From Blepharisma stoltei ATCC 30299 (taxonomy: Eukaryota; Protista; Ciliophora), in contig CBFDEM010000043.1 in NCBI GenBank assembly GCA_965603825.1, positions 372,001 through 436,000 of the forward strand: 64,000 nt of DNA. The letters run 5' to 3'. Under the pieces are notes generated by a model, which made no database searches, was not told where the DNA came from, and saw nothing but the letters and a program-made list of their open reading frames with translations. The translations under genes and the position numbers were made by a program. How positions within the stretch are numbered: the first letter of the stretch is position 1; every line of letters begins with the position of its first letter. Below, one piece after another: positions 1 through 12,979 of this stretch.

Positions 1-925
1 GTAAGCATCCTAAAGGGTCATCATGTGGATTGAGCGACAAAATAAATTTAACAAATTCTAAAGCAGCCTTAACACATCCTTTTCTCCCTAGACACTCAGC
101 GTACATATATAAACTCTTATAGAAAATTCTGTTATATGTGTTTGCTGCGATATCAAGTTCTAGACCATTCCCAATCGGTGAAAATTGATGATGAAAACTC
201 AGCTGAAAGCTATATAAAATTCTTTCTAATAAATTTTCCAGATCATTATAATTTCCTCTCATTTGTAAAGCGATTGACAACTGGTACAATCCTTCTATAT
301 GAAATGGATATGTCTTAAGAAAATCGTTAACAGCATTCAAATCATTCCCAATTAAGCTGTCCATATATTGTGAATGAAGCTTCGAATATCCTTTGCTAGG
401 CTTGAAATTAAAAATATGCCTGGAAGAGTCCGGACATCTCTCCATTTCCAGCAGATAATTAATATTCGTCGGCCAATTTTGCTTATCAGGGGTTAAAATC
501 ATCTTCCTCTGCGTCACATGAGAGTCCCTCTGGCCTTTGTTTTCTTCGGGAAACAACAAAGCGAGTTCTGGCCTTGGATCAAAATGCTTGGCTTGTCTCT
601 TCAGACAAGATACTGTGCTTTGCATATGGAAGGCATCATCAACACTTTTAATAGTTTTCAGCTCTTCCAGCAGAGAATCAACATCCCCAGTCACAATTTC
701 TTCTTTTTTCCTTGGGGCTGCTATTTTTGTGACTGGCAATTTTTCTTCTTCATGGTCAATGGACTCAAATTCATTTTCTTCAGACTCGCTTGATGATATG
801 ATGACAAAGTCGCTGAATTTATTTGAAGGCTGGGCCATGATTTCTTCTTCTGAAGAGTTTTCTGAGTCTAAGTTTTCTGTTGATTTTTGGGATTCAAGGA
901 TTTTTCTGACTTGTCTTAGGGACAT
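1..925 (-). CDS. TCF25: TCF25/Rqc1 (Nulp1) ribosome quality-control factor; 5' part only, runs off the window start
   Basis: ATG at 925-923 with an open frame to the window edge; missing from the ORF track. Acidic N-terminus, then QNWP, TYPFHIEGLYQLS and GRKGCVKAALEFVKFILSLNPHDDPLG, typical Tcf25 motifs. Confidence 0.85.
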   Translation of the reverse strand, partial: MSLRQVRKILESQKSTENLDSENSSEEEIMAQPSNKFSDFVIISSSESEENEFESIDHEEEKLPVTKIAAPRKKEEIVTGDVDSLLEELKTIKSVDDAFHMQSTVSCLKRQAKHFDPRPELALLFPEENKGQRDSHVTQRKMILTPDKQNWPTNINYLLEMERCPDSSRHIFNFKPSKGYSKLHSQYMDSLIGNDLNAVNDFLKTYPFHIEGLYQLSIALQMRGNYNDLENLLERILYSFQLSFHHQFSPIGNGLELDIAANTYNRIFYKSLYMYAECLGRKGCVKAALEFVKFILSLNPHDDPLGCL

Positions 926-943
926 TTATTAAAGTTAAAATGG

Positions 944-1669
944 TTACTTACTGTTAGGGGTTGAAAGCAAAGCTTCAAGCTGGTCTTTAAGTCTTTGGTT
1001 GGTTTTCTTCCTGAACTCGATTTCTTCCGTGTGGGCTCTTGCTTCGATTTCTTCACGCTCTTTTTCTTTTTGCTCGATTTCTTCAATTTCTTGGTCAAGC
1101 TCGTCTACCTCCGCTGTCAGATTTTCACATTCTTCTATGAGTTTCTTTATATCAGCGTCTGTTTCAGCTCTTCATTGTTCAGCTTGCAAGGCTTTTCGCA
1201 TACCATAAGCAATGCTGCTTTCATAGAGAGTTTGGTAAGACTGAATAGTCATTCTCAGCTCGTCTCTGACTCTTAGCAGTAAAAGCCCTCTTTCTGTGCA
1301 AATAATTGTTAGCTGCCTTATAAGCTCATCGAAACATTGACTATAGAGCTCTTCTCGAATAGGACAGATCCCAGTTTCTCTTGCTTGCCGAAGCTCAAGT
1401 AAGTTATCAAGCTGCTCTTGGAGTTTTATTACATCTTGGGTGGTTGCAGGGTTTGAACTAACATATTGGACCCAGAGTTGACCGTCTTCGGTACTTTCTC
1501 TAGGGGGGAGCACAGAGTTGAGGACATCTTCAATTTGAGCTTTGTCGGCAGGGACGTTCGGCCTTCCTGGGATGTTTTTTCCTTTGCCTTTGCCCTTTAA
1601 GGAAGTAGAAACTTGGATTTTGGTGTCATATTTAACAAGAGATTGGGCTTGCGGGAGGTTATTTGCCAT
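944..1669 (-). CDS. DNALI1: Axonemal dynein light intermediate chain p28
   Basis: LPPRE, RQARETGICPIREELYSQCFDELIRQ and LYESSIAYGMRKAL. TGA at 1172-1174 read as Trp continues into a coiled coil ending at TAA 946-944. Confidence 0.92.
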
Positions 1670-1931
1670 TTTATAACTGTACAAGCAAATTGAAAATTTT
1701 TTGGAAATGATATTGAATTGATAAAAAATTAATTTATGCAAGGGCTTCTTTGTATTAAAATACAATTTAAATTCATTAATTGAAATTTCTGATATATGTA
1801 AACATTATTCTGAAGTATATTGATTTAGCATTAGAAATTACTGAAAAACAACAATAATTCCAATAGTGCGATTTTATTAAAAAGCATAAAAATGCAATCA
1901 ATTAATACTTATTCAAATAAAAGATATAGAT

Positions 1932-2735
1932 ATGGATGATTCTCCAAGTTCAACCGACTCTGAATATTATCCAAGCTACATATTAAGTAGCAATGGGAAT
2001 ATCGTTCAAAAGTCATCACCTAGTAAAGAAACTCCAAAGCAAGCATTTCCTATCCCAGTAGATCGGATTGGGAATTATCTCCGCTCAGGACAAAAAATTC
2101 ATTTAGTTGGGCCAAGTTTTGGCTGCACTTTTCATACTATCAACGAAGAAAAAGACGAATCCTCTTCTAACGAAATTAGCCAAATGCCGAAAAAGCATTC
2201 AAATTTTCAGCGAAGTCGACAAAGGGTCTCATCATTCCAAAACTATGAGAGGAATAGAGAACTATTTATTCATAGAAGGCAGCAGACAATGCTACTCAGC
2301 AATACAAAAAAGAGAGAAAATCCAATTTTTGAAGAAAATTTTATTGGAAAAACACTGTCAATCCCTATACCGAAATTAGGGAAACTCAAAAAAGTATTGG
2401 AAGACATTGAAAATAAAGAACCGAAGAAAAGAGGTAGAAATATTTATCAAAGCTTTACCCATAGAGAGCATAATAATTATACACAAGATCTGCAGGCAAA
2501 ACTAGAAAGTATACATAGAAGAAATTCTTCAGAAAATTTAGACAAAAAAGAAAAAGTAAACATAAGAATGAGCAAAAGCTCACACAGTACAAAAAATATT
2601 GCGCCTTTGCCTAAAGAAGTAATAGACCGAATTAAAATGAAAGTTCAAGGAACAATCGGATATAAAGCAGTCAATATAGAACTGAAAAAATACATTAATT
2701 TCAAACTTAAAAACCCAGTAAGTTTATCTGGCTAA
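1932..2735 (+). CDS. Hypothetical basic, low-complexity protein
   Basis: 267-aa ATG-TAA ORF with coding-like composition between AT-rich flanks; no recognisable motif. Confidence 0.65.
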   Translation: MDDSPSSTDSEYYPSYILSSNGNIVQKSSPSKETPKQAFPIPVDRIGNYLRSGQKIHLVGPSFGCTFHTINEEKDESSSNEISQMPKKHSNFQRSRQRVSSFQNYERNRELFIHRRQQTMLLSNTKKRENPIFEENFIGKTLSIPIPKLGKLKKVLEDIENKEPKKRGRNIYQSFTHREHNNYTQDLQAKLESIHRRNSSENLDKKEKVNIRMSKSSHSTKNIAPLPKEVIDRIKMKVQGTIGYKAVNIELKKYINFKLKNPVSLSG

Positions 2736-3288
2736 TTAGATTTTTGGCAATGCATCAAAGCATTTAGCAGTGAAAAGCATTAAAAATTCAGCTTAATAGT
2801 AATTATCAATATTTAAAGATTTTATGCAGGAAAAAATTCTTATATTCTATATATCAGTGTAAAATTAAATGATCAAAATGTTTATCTTTAATTCATGCAC
2901 AATTTTATCACTTTAATATAATATCAGATCTTTATTTTTATTTAATCTTGAGCAAATTTTATTATATTCTGGTGAATGATGCTAAATATTTATAAAACAA
3001 ATGCAGGATTTTTAAAAATAAGCAATCCATTATTTTATTTTAATCTAATATTAGTTCAGCATTTCAGTGAAATTTAAAAAAAGTAGCTGTCTTAGAGCCT
3101 TTAAAAAATGCAAAGCTGACTTCCCTTAATATTCTATATTTACAAACAGTTGTAAACTTCATAAATGGATCTTCATTTCAAATGTTTTCATCTCAAAACC
3201 ATTTACAGAATTCCCATTCCACTTTCTATATTCCTTCTATTTAATATAAATTCAGCAGTTACCTACAATAAGATGCAATTATAAAATA

Positions 3289-4875
3289 ATGTCATCAAGA
3301 ATCTCTAACAAGGACGAAAAAAGTATTTTTGCAAGAACTGAAGTCAGGCTTGAAGAAGCTGACAAATTACCAATGGTTTCTCGAACTCCTAAAACGGCCT
3401 CCAGCTCAAGAAAGCTCTTAACAACCCAATCATTCAGAACATTCAGCGGGCCAAGGAAACCAGGCACATCATGGGCTGATTTTTTTGAAAGTAAGACTTA
3501 GCTAGGAAATATAAATTCCCCAAAACATATGCAATCTACTGAAATCCAAGCTTCTTTGAATCAAATCTCTCAAGAGATCGCCGAAATGTATTCTTCAGGC
3601 CCTTCCACACAGCGAAGCACGACTGCTATGACTTGGCAATTCACAAGAAATATTAGCAAGGAGCTTGAGAATCTGGAGTTTGTTGTTCTGACTAAGAAGA
3701 AAGAGTACAATATTATTCACAATGACGTGATCAAAAAAGAAAAAGGCCTAAAAGAGTTGGAAAATGAATTAGAAATGCTAGAAAAAAAGGTAGAGCAGCA
3801 AGACGAGCTAAATGAAATCTTGGAATGCAGAAAAGCTGAACATAACGAGGTAATCAACGGGCTTTTCAATGAGTACTATTACTTTGAAACACTCAATTTA
3901 ATGCTTGAATCACGCAAAGAAGCGCTAGGATTCACTGTAAAACCAGTCATTGATATGAGAGATGACTTGTCAAAACTAGAGAAAAAAATATCAGACACTT
4001 CAAAGGAATTCGCTAAGCTGAAAGAGGACGCAGAAATAGTGAGCTCTCAAGCAGAAGACATAAAGAATGGAATTGAAGAAGCTAAAATGTTCCATGAAAA
4101 TGATAAAAACGAGCAGTTTAATATTTTTCGGCACAAAGAAGTCATGTTTAATATCCTCCAGCAGGAGCATAAGCATAATCAGCTAAAACAAAAATACTTA
4201 AACTATCAAAAGAAGTTACAAATGCTGATCCCAATTCGTGACAAAATTGAGCATGACGAGCGGCTAAAAGAAAAACGAATGGAAGTAAAAAAGCAAAACG
4301 AGCGAGAAGAAGAGAAATTCAGAGAAATTCAACAAGCCACCAGCATTTCTTCAGTCAATGATTTGTATGCTTATTACCAATATTTACAAAAAAATGAAAC
4401 ACAGCTGAATGCGACGCTAAAAGAATCACTAGCTAAAATGGAGCTATTGAATCACGAAAGAAATCAATTAAACCACGAATTAAACGAAATTATTTTGCAG
4501 AGAGAAGAAGACAGACATATAAATTTAAGGGAAATCGAAAAAATAGAAGAAAGTTTAAAACAGAGAAATAAGCAAATGGATGACAACGAAAGAGTTCTTG
4601 ATAAACTCATTGGACTTGTTTCAGCTGCATGTGGAGCTGTAACGAGGCTAGCAAGCCAAGTTTTAGAGAACTCTGAAAGCATTGATGTAAAGCCGAGAAA
4701 TGTAGTAAAATATCTAAATAATTGCGCTGCAAAGCTTGAAGAGAAGTTGCAGGTAGTGTTTAGCTCGAGAGTCCAGTGGCAGGAAGAAAGTATAAATACA
4801 ACGTATAAATACAAAAGTCCTCCAGTCTGGCTGAAGCTGTCAACCTTACAGACGTCGCCTAGGGAACAAATATAA
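3289..4875 (+). CDS. Long coiled-coil protein (possibly outer dynein arm docking-complex-like), one 15-nt intron
   Basis: ORFs 3289-3501 and 3529-4875 join in frame after removing intron 3491-3505 (FFE-R-NINSPKHMQ). Heptad-rich; IQQATSISSVNDL weakly resembles ODA-DC proteins. Confidence 0.7.
3491..3505 (+). other. 15-nt spliceosomal intron
   Basis: GTAAGACTTAGCTAG: GT..AG ends, A at position 10. Removing it deletes an in-frame TAG and fuses two ORFs. Confidence 0.85.
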
Positions 4876-5049
4876 GGATAAGTAGTTTTGATAAAATTGT
4901 AAAATTTGACTCTCAGCTGAAATAATAGTAGATCTATTATGCATTGTAATAATCTAAAAAATTTATTGATCTTTGTGAGTTTATTCTTATTTTTAACCTT
5001 AGGTCATATTCCATGATTTTTACGATTTAACGTGGCAAAATATAATAAA

Positions 5050-5685
5050 ATGAACTCTGACCTCTTTCAGTGGTTTTGGGTCCATAACTCTTCTGAGCCT
5101 GATTATGTTTCTACATCTTTAATCCAAAGTTATTGAAGCTACCAATCTGCAGCTCTAATTATATACCTGATGCTAATCAAAAATTTTGTATTTGGAAAAA
5201 GAAATGATTTCAAGGCGCTTATTCTTTCACTAATAGTTATGGGTCTCACTAGCGCTCTTTTCCAAGTTTATGGGAACTTCTTGACTCAATTTATAATGCT
5301 TTCTGCAATCCTCATAACTCAACTTAATTTTGCTAGAAAAGCAAATATAGAGATTTCGCACGGATTGGAATGCTTTATTGCTGTCAACTTTTTAGCGAGC
5401 TTTTTCCATCCAATATTTATGTGGATTAATATTTTAACGCTTTTCATTGTTCTTGATAAGTTTATTTTAGGATTTTCTTTGAAGCTCTCAAGTAAAGGTG
5501 TTTTGTGTGGACTTTTCTTGATCACTCTTAATATTTTATATTTTGTTTGCTTGATACTTGACCTGTTTGACACAAAATTCCAATATTTTATTGCAGTTTC
5601 TTATGCTTTAATCTACACTTATCTTTTCATAAGCTTTTTAGCTCTAGAATATTTTATTTCTAAAGGACATATCAAAGAAGATTAA
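5050..5685 (+). CDS. Multi-pass membrane protein, weakly alkaline-ceramidase/CREST-like (degenerate)
   Basis: ATG 5050 is in frame with ORF 5170 through TGA(Trp) 5134. N-terminal SEPDYVSTSLIQSYWS resembles ceramidase CExNY..IAEFWN; several hydrophobic segments follow. Confidence 0.55.
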
Positions 5686-5711
5686 TAAATAACAATTTCT
5701 TATATAATTAA

Positions 5712-8700
5712 TTACAACGTTATATTATTGACTGTTTGCCTTATAATAGGGTTCTCACTGTCCATTGTAACGAGAGCGCAGGGACTAATTGCAATTGTAT
5801 GCGAAACATCATTAGTTTTATAGACTCCCACAAGTCTGTCTGCTAGCTCAAACATTTGATATCTCAGCGAGACGATAATAAATTGCGCATTCTTTGTCCT
5901 CCCTTTAATATAATTCGCTATCACGCTTACGTTTTGAAAATCTAGTGCTGCATCGACCTCATCCATCACATACAAAGCATTTGGCTTATAATGATGCAAT
6001 GCAAACACAAGTGATAAGGATGATAACGTTTTCTCACCCCCGCTCAAATTGGCCATTTTTTTCCAAGATTTATTGGGAGGCCTTACGGTAAATACAATCC
6101 CTTCAGCAAAAGGATCAGTTGAGTCAGCAAATTCAAGTTCAGCGTCGCCACCTCGGGTAATCATTCGATACATATCTCTCAGTTTTTGGGAAATTATGGT
6201 AAATCCTGTATTGAATTCGTTATATCTCTTGCTTTTAAGCTCGTTGTATTTCTTTTTCAGCATATCTTCTCTGTCACGAATTGCGTTTAGATCGTTTTCC
6301 TTTGCTCGCTTATCATGAAGTCTGGCTCGGTACTCTTGGATAACTGTGATATTTGGCTTTGCAGCTCGGAGCTCTTCTTGGATGGCGGCCTCAAGGTCTT
6401 TGACCTTCTCGAATTTTGGGAGAAGGCTTTCAAGCTCTTCTGGGAGAAAATTTTTATTTACGTGAAATCTCAATGTTTTTCTCTCGTCATCAATTTTCAT
6501 TCTTTTTCTTGGATTTTCAAGTTTTTCTTCATTCTCTTCAGATTTTTCAACGCTTTCTATTATCATGTCATCTCCCATGATGTCTTGGTACTCTTTTATT
6601 AATCCTTCATAGTCTTCTCTGTTTTTATTAATTCTTTGGTCTCATTTGTCAATTTCGGCCTCAATTCTTTTGATTGTAGAGGAAATTTCTTTTCTTTTAG
6701 CTTTGATTTCGTCACGAACTTTTAGAATTTCTTCGAACTCTTTTTTTAAAGCTTCCTGAGCTTTTTCCAGCTCTTTAAGCTGGGCTTCGTTTTCTCTTCT
6801 AATAGCAAGCGCATGCTCATGCTTTTGGATTAAACTTTCTGCCAAAGGCCTCAATTCTTCTCTTTCAGATTCTATGTCGCGCAAATTTTGATCGATTTTT
6901 TCTAAGCTTTCTATGAGCTCTTGAAGTTTTTTTGCAATTTTGTCGTGATCTTTTTTGCATTGTCCAAGCTTTTTTGTATATTTATTTACTTCGACTTCCA
7001 GATGATCTTCAGCTTCAGCTAAATGTTGTCTTTTAATTTTTATTGCTTTGAATTCATCTCCCCCAATATCATCAATTTGCTTTTCAATTTGTTCAACCTC
7101 TTTTTTCTTAGTTTCTATAAGAATTTCTATTTTCTTCATAGCTTTTTCGTTAGCTTCTTCTAACTTTTTAAGATCCTCTAGCTCTTCTTCTTGCCCTTCA
7201 TGGTCTATTTCTTGCAATTCTTTTTGCCTTGCTATAAGCTGAGTCAGCCTTTGAGTCATGCCTTGTAAATCGCTTTGAATAATTTTTAACTGATGAAAAG
7301 CTTGGTCTTTTTGCTTCTGCTCAGCTGCAATTTCTCCTTGAACGTTCTTCATAAAGGTATGTGTGGAATTCAGCCTATCATTCGCCTCTTTAATTTTTTG
7401 ATGCAATAAATCCATATCTTCTGGAGAAAAACTTGTCTTTTTCTCCCCAACAAGGCTCATAATCCCTCTCCTTGGCTTTGCAAACCCTTGCATTTCTCCT
7501 GAAGGGTTAATTATTTCTCCTGAAAGGGTTACCACACGGTGTCTTGTACTTCCGCCAAACGCAATTCTGCGGGCATCGTCCATAGTGTCAGCTACAAGAG
7601 TGTCAGTCATAGCGAAATAGAAAGCTGAAATTAATCGGGGGTCATCATATTGGATTTGGTCAAAAAGACGAGTAGCTCGATCGTCTGGGGATCGAAAATG
7701 AGCTTTTGCTTTTTGTTCCCAAATTGACTGGACTTTGTCGAGCACTATTATTGTGATTTTTCCTAAATTTCGCTGACGCACGAAGTCCAATAACATATCA
7801 GCATCGTGGACTGACTCAACTACAAGGTTATCAAGTCTTGGACATGCAGAAGAAATCGCTATATCAAATCGGGCATCAATTCTTCCTAAATCTCCTAAAC
7901 GACCTAATACACCTTGGATTTGACCTATTCTTTTAGCAGTAGAAATTTCTTGCAGAAGACGATTTTTGCCTTCAGCTTTTTTTTCAGCTTGCTCAGCTTC
8001 TTCTAATTGTTTCCTAAGTGAAGCCAGCTGTTTTTTATAAGCATCCGATTCTCCACTAAGTTCTTCAAACTTTTTCTTTCTCGCTTCATCATCTTTATGA
8101 AGTCTCTGGCACTTTAGTTCAATTTCTTCTGATTCTCTTGTTTTGGCTTCCAAATTCTTTTGGCAACTTTCAATGTCGTTAGCAATATTTGCAAATTCTA
8201 CATCCTCTTGAGCCCTTTCTTTAACAAGAAATTCTATTCTCTGATGAGTATTTTCAACTTTGCTTTTACAGTCATCATATTGCTTTTTAAATGGCAAAAG
8301 CTGCCTCTCAAGTGATGATTTCTGAAGCTGAAGCTCTTCAGTCGCTGCAATGATTTCTCTATTTCTTGCGTGGTATTCTTCATCAACCCTTTCTTTTTCG
8401 TGTTTAGTTTCTTCAAGACTCCTTATTGCATCTGGGAGAATCTGTGAAAGCTCACCTAGAGATTCTCTGATTTCATTTTTCCTTTTTTCTTCAGCCAATT
8501 TTTCTTTTTCTAACCCAGCTTTTTTATTTTTCAAAAACATTTGGTTTTCAATGAGTTCTTGATCTCTTTTCACTGCTTCTTCAAGCTGACTTTTCATCCT
8601 TTTTTCTTCTCTACTGTAGGTGGCTACTTGCTCGATTTTTTCTTCGTACTCTTGTATTGCTGCCATGTGCAGATTTTTCTTTTCTTTGAACCTGTTTTCT

Positions 8701-9539
8701 GTTTCCAGAAGCTGGCCTTCGACAACTATGAGCTCTTGTCTGAAATTAGATTCTTCAGTCTTAAATTGGTGCCTTCCTAAGAAATTCCTTAAGTTCCTTA
8801 TATCATAAAGCTCTTTTTCTAGCTCAATGTAAGCTAAAGCTTCATTTTTCGGGCCTTCCAAGTGGTCTAGTGCTTTTTGGGCTTCTTCTACTCTAAGTTT
8901 TTGTGCAGTTACTTCATCTGCAATTCCTTCAAGCTCTGTCTCAGCTTGGTCTATCAAAGGCACATACACATTAGTTCCTATGATTTCTTCTAGATACTCA
9001 AGAAGCCCTATTTTGCCTTCTTCCCCAATTGGGGCTTTAGGCTTCATCATAGCAATTTGTTCAACTTCTCCTTGTAAAATTAAAAACCTATTATGTTCTA
9101 AATCAATTCCTCTTAGCTTTAGAACTTGGGTAACTTCTTCGTGGGTGCTTGGGTTACCATCCAATTTATATTGAGAAGAACCATCTTTTGACACTATGCG
9201 TGTCAGAACTAGCCCAGAATTTGGGATGATATCGTATCCATCAGGAGTGTCAAGAATATCTTGGAAGTATACAGAAACCCTTGCAGATTTTAAGTCAGGG
9301 AAACTGTGAGAGTGGTGTATAAGCTCTGAAAGCTTCTTAAGTCTCATTTTTGCAGCTCTTTTCCCGAATGCAAATAAGAGACATTCAAGCAAATTGGATT
9401 TCCCAGAACCATTCGGCCCAACCACGGAGGTGAAGGACTTGTGAAAGGGCCCGATTTCTTTGATTCCTGCATAAGATTTAAAGTTCTCGAGCACAACTTT
9501 ATGAATCATAAGCCTCGGCGGTATTTCTTTATCTTCCAT
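5712..9539 (-). CDS. SMC4: Condensin subunit SMC4
   Basis: NFKSY, Walker A GPNGSGKSN, FLILQGEVEQIAMMKPK, hinge GRLGDLG, LSGGEKTLSSL and DEVDAALD. The two ORFs join in frame by TGA(Trp) at 6642-6644. Confidence 0.96.
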
Positions 9540-9768
9540 TTTATTATCCCTCTTAATCTAAAAATCTATGATTTTCTGTCCCCTAAATCTCCAAACAGCT
9601 TTTTCATGAATAAAATCTGAAAAAATCCTCTGAGTATTATAAATTTATAATCCTTACTAATAAATAAAGTGCCATGATTGTTTGTTTATTATTATCATAA
9701 TAAAATATTTGGAGGGATTTTCAATAAAAAAAGCCAAATTAGCTATAAATAAGTTAATTAACATTAAT

Positions 9769-11970
9769 TTATATATTTACAAGGTTCGTTTCTGCAGGAT
9801 GCCTCACAAGTGGCTCGAAACCTTCTAACACATCAGGAAGACTTTGAGTAAATGAGTCAGCAGCAAATTCCTGCTCGCATTCCCTATACATCGTGTCTCC
9901 TAGCTTAAGTGACGTGATCCCTCTATGCAAATACGAAGATTTCAGCTTTTTCATATCAATCGCCCTGGGTATAAAAAATTCTGCATTTCTAATTCATGGG
10001 TGTTGTAAAGCTTCTTGAGCTGAATAGCGCTGTGAAATATCGCGATTTAGCAATCGAGATATAAAATCTTTACCAGAATGTGTGATTCGCTCCCAAAAAG
10101 TGTCCTCAAAAGTAATTGGTTTGGTTATAGTCAAATTAATTTGAATTTCTTTATCTTTATGTTCAAATGGGAGTTTCCCACGAAGCAAAAGATAAGTAAT
10201 CACACCAATACTTCATATGTCAGCTTTATGATTGTAGCCTTCTTTTTTAAGCACTTCTGGGGCGGAATATCCTAGTGTCCCACATGCTAAATATTGGCTT
10301 TCACCTGGAGACGTCAGCTTGGAAAGCCCAAAATCAGCGACTTTTATTTGTGGGATGTCAGACTTGTCAACTAGCAAGATGTTTTCTGGCTTCAGATCTC
10401 TGTGAATAATTCCAATGTCATGCAGATAAGCAACAACTTCCAAGAGCTGCTTGATTATCCTGCTTGCAGCGTATTCCGAAAACTTATTTTTCATTGAAAT
10501 TCGTTCGTAGAGCTCGCCACCTTTAGCGTTTTCCATTACAATGAGAAGGTGCTTTTTAGTATCGAAAACTTCTTTGAATTTTATTACATTTGGATGATCA
10601 ATAAGCCTCATAATAGCAAGCTCGCTTCTCATAAAATCTCTTTCCTGCTTATTCAGCTTCTTCTTCATGATGACCTTCACAGCAAAAGTTTGGTTCGTTT
10701 TATATTCCGTAGCTAAATAGACATCTGAGAACTTCCCCTTACCAATTCTGTTTTTAAGTTCGTAGTACTCTTTGAATTTCCTGCAGTTCGACGCTTTTTC
10801 AAGTTTCTTAATCCAGTCGTCTCTCTCCGCTTTTGTGTCGCATCAGAGTTTGACTTCTTTGTAGCCAAGGTTTTGGTGACTCAAAGAGACTGCGAACTTA
10901 TTCGTCAAAATATAATCATTTACACTATTTACATAACATCCTTCCATAAATACAACGCCAGAAGGCATGATATCTTCTTCGTTATCTATAAACATAAGTA
11001 AGCTCTTTTTCAGCACAGCATATTTTTTCTCGAAAACATCTTTATCTTCTGGCTTCTTATATACAATTCCTGACATGTCAACAGGCTGCAATGGGTGACT
11101 TTTAGATAGCTGAAAGCCGACATAGCTGCTTCTCTCGTCCAAAGACTTGCTTTTTTGGATGCAAATTTCTGGTATGAAATCATCCTCTCCCCTAACCTTT
11201 ACTGATCAGATTTCTTCTTTGAAAATCACTGAAAATAAGTCGAAAAGTTTGGGATGTTGATAAATGAATTGAGTAAACTCGTCAAAATCAAGCGTTTCCT
11301 TTCCCCCAAATTGGTTCAAAATATGCCTGACCATTGAATGCACCCGAGAAATATAAGTTGGACCGTCTCGGTTGTACGTGAACTCTTTCTTCTTTTTAGT
11401 AACTGAGTTGCTCTTAGCTCTCATAAAAGGGGTTCGGATTTTGATAACCAGGTCTCCTGAGGTAGGGCTCTCGAAAACCCCGTCCTCAGTTGTCGAAATG
11501 TCAGCGATGCTAACAGTTTCTTTCAATGAGCCATGGACCATAGACACGAGTTCAGCTTTGTCAATGAACCCATCTCCTCTTAAATCATACAATTCAAATA
11601 TCAATTTCAACTTGTCTTGGATTGTGCCTTTACTATACCTCCCAATTCCAACGATAAAATCTTCAAAGTCAATTGATCCTCGCTTTAAAGTGTCAAAAAG
11701 TTTAAATAATCTCTCACCTAGCAAGCCCTAAATAAAAAATACAGGCAAAGGGAAAAACTGCAAGAACGCGTCTTTGTCAATTGTCTTTCCTGAGTCACTT
11801 TTTCGAGACAGATCCAAATAAATCTCTTTTAGAATACTTAATTCTTCTTTGGCGACTAAATAAAACTTACATAGTTCAGAAGCACAAAGTAGACGTGAAG
11901 TCACTCGCATTGTATTATCAGTTGTGCTGATAATTGATTTTTCTTTTCTTCTGCTTGAGCAGACGCCCAT
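9769..11970 (-). CDS. EF-hand + PH + Ser/Thr kinase (CDPK7-like), N-terminal MG acylation motif
   Basis: MGVC start at 11970 and intron 11728-11742. EF-hands (DTLKRGSIDFEDF, DLRGDGFIDKAEL), PH-like region, kinase motifs GKGKFS, HRDLKPEN, DFG and APE. TGA=Trp at 11206, 10843, 10213 (ADIW) and 9994 (HPW). Confidence 0.88.
11728..11742 (-). other. 15-nt spliceosomal intron
   Basis: Minus strand GTATTTTTTATTTAG; removal gives the conserved FFPLP|GLLGERLF. Confidence 0.9.
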
Positions 11971-12979
11971 TAAATATGTAATAAAATAATATGACATTTC
12001 TGCAGAGTAATGCATAAAAATAACATGAATTAATGGGCGTGGGGAGATAAACTGATACCCAAAAAATTAGGTGATAAAAATTAGTGGGATTTTAATTAGT
12101 AGCAGCGTCTCTGTGCAGTAATTTGAATTCTTTGCTCCAAAAATACTGATCAAGATGGTAAGTATTTAGAAGTTTCAAATAAACCTCAAAAAATAAAGGG
12201 CATGGAAAAGATTTTTCGAGATTTACTGGAAGAATAGTAAAATATAATAAGTAGTTAATAATTTTAAGGGAAAATATTTAATAGAATTACTGAGAAATTG
12301 AAATCATATAGATTTTTAGAGTTGATAAAAAGTAGATAGAGCTTAATCTTTCTGATATCAATTTTTAATGCAGTTAAAGAATTAGGTGAATGAATCGATA
12401 TATAGGTGTAGATGCCTAATGTAATTATAAATATTAGTTTACATACATTTAAGAGGCGAAAACGCAAAGTAGGTTAGCTATTTTATCTAAGTTTCATACC
12501 TGCAAAGCATAAAAGATTAATTGCCTCTGGATGTATTAAATAGTCATATAGATCCACGCTCCTAAAATTTTCTTATGAGCAGAGAGCTGCTCAAAAAATT
12601 GATCTGATAATGCTTTTAATGGATTTTATTATTTCACATTATTTTACTAATATGGTGAAATATTTAAGCCGAAGCTTATTCAAAAATTCTAAAAATAATT
12701 TTTTATGTGGAGATTTGGGGCTTGAAAAAGCATAGGCAAACAATTTCGAAATTTATTGGATTTAATTTTTTAAAATTCAAAATTTAATGACTAGAAATGA
12801 ATTGCATCAAATAGACTTTTACCAAATTATCCTCAATTGATAAGGTCTTAATTCAATATCATTTGAAATCCTTTTTTTAAAAATGAATTTTTGATATAAT
12901 GGTGATTTTATTATCCATAATGTTTATAAATAAAATACAAAATTAAAATGAAAAATAATTATTTGAATACTTATAACAA

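Noticed and set aside
12577-12592. Short hairpin GAGCAG-AGAG-CTGCTC
   Set aside because: A 6-bp stem is expected by chance in 64 kb, and there is no supporting context.
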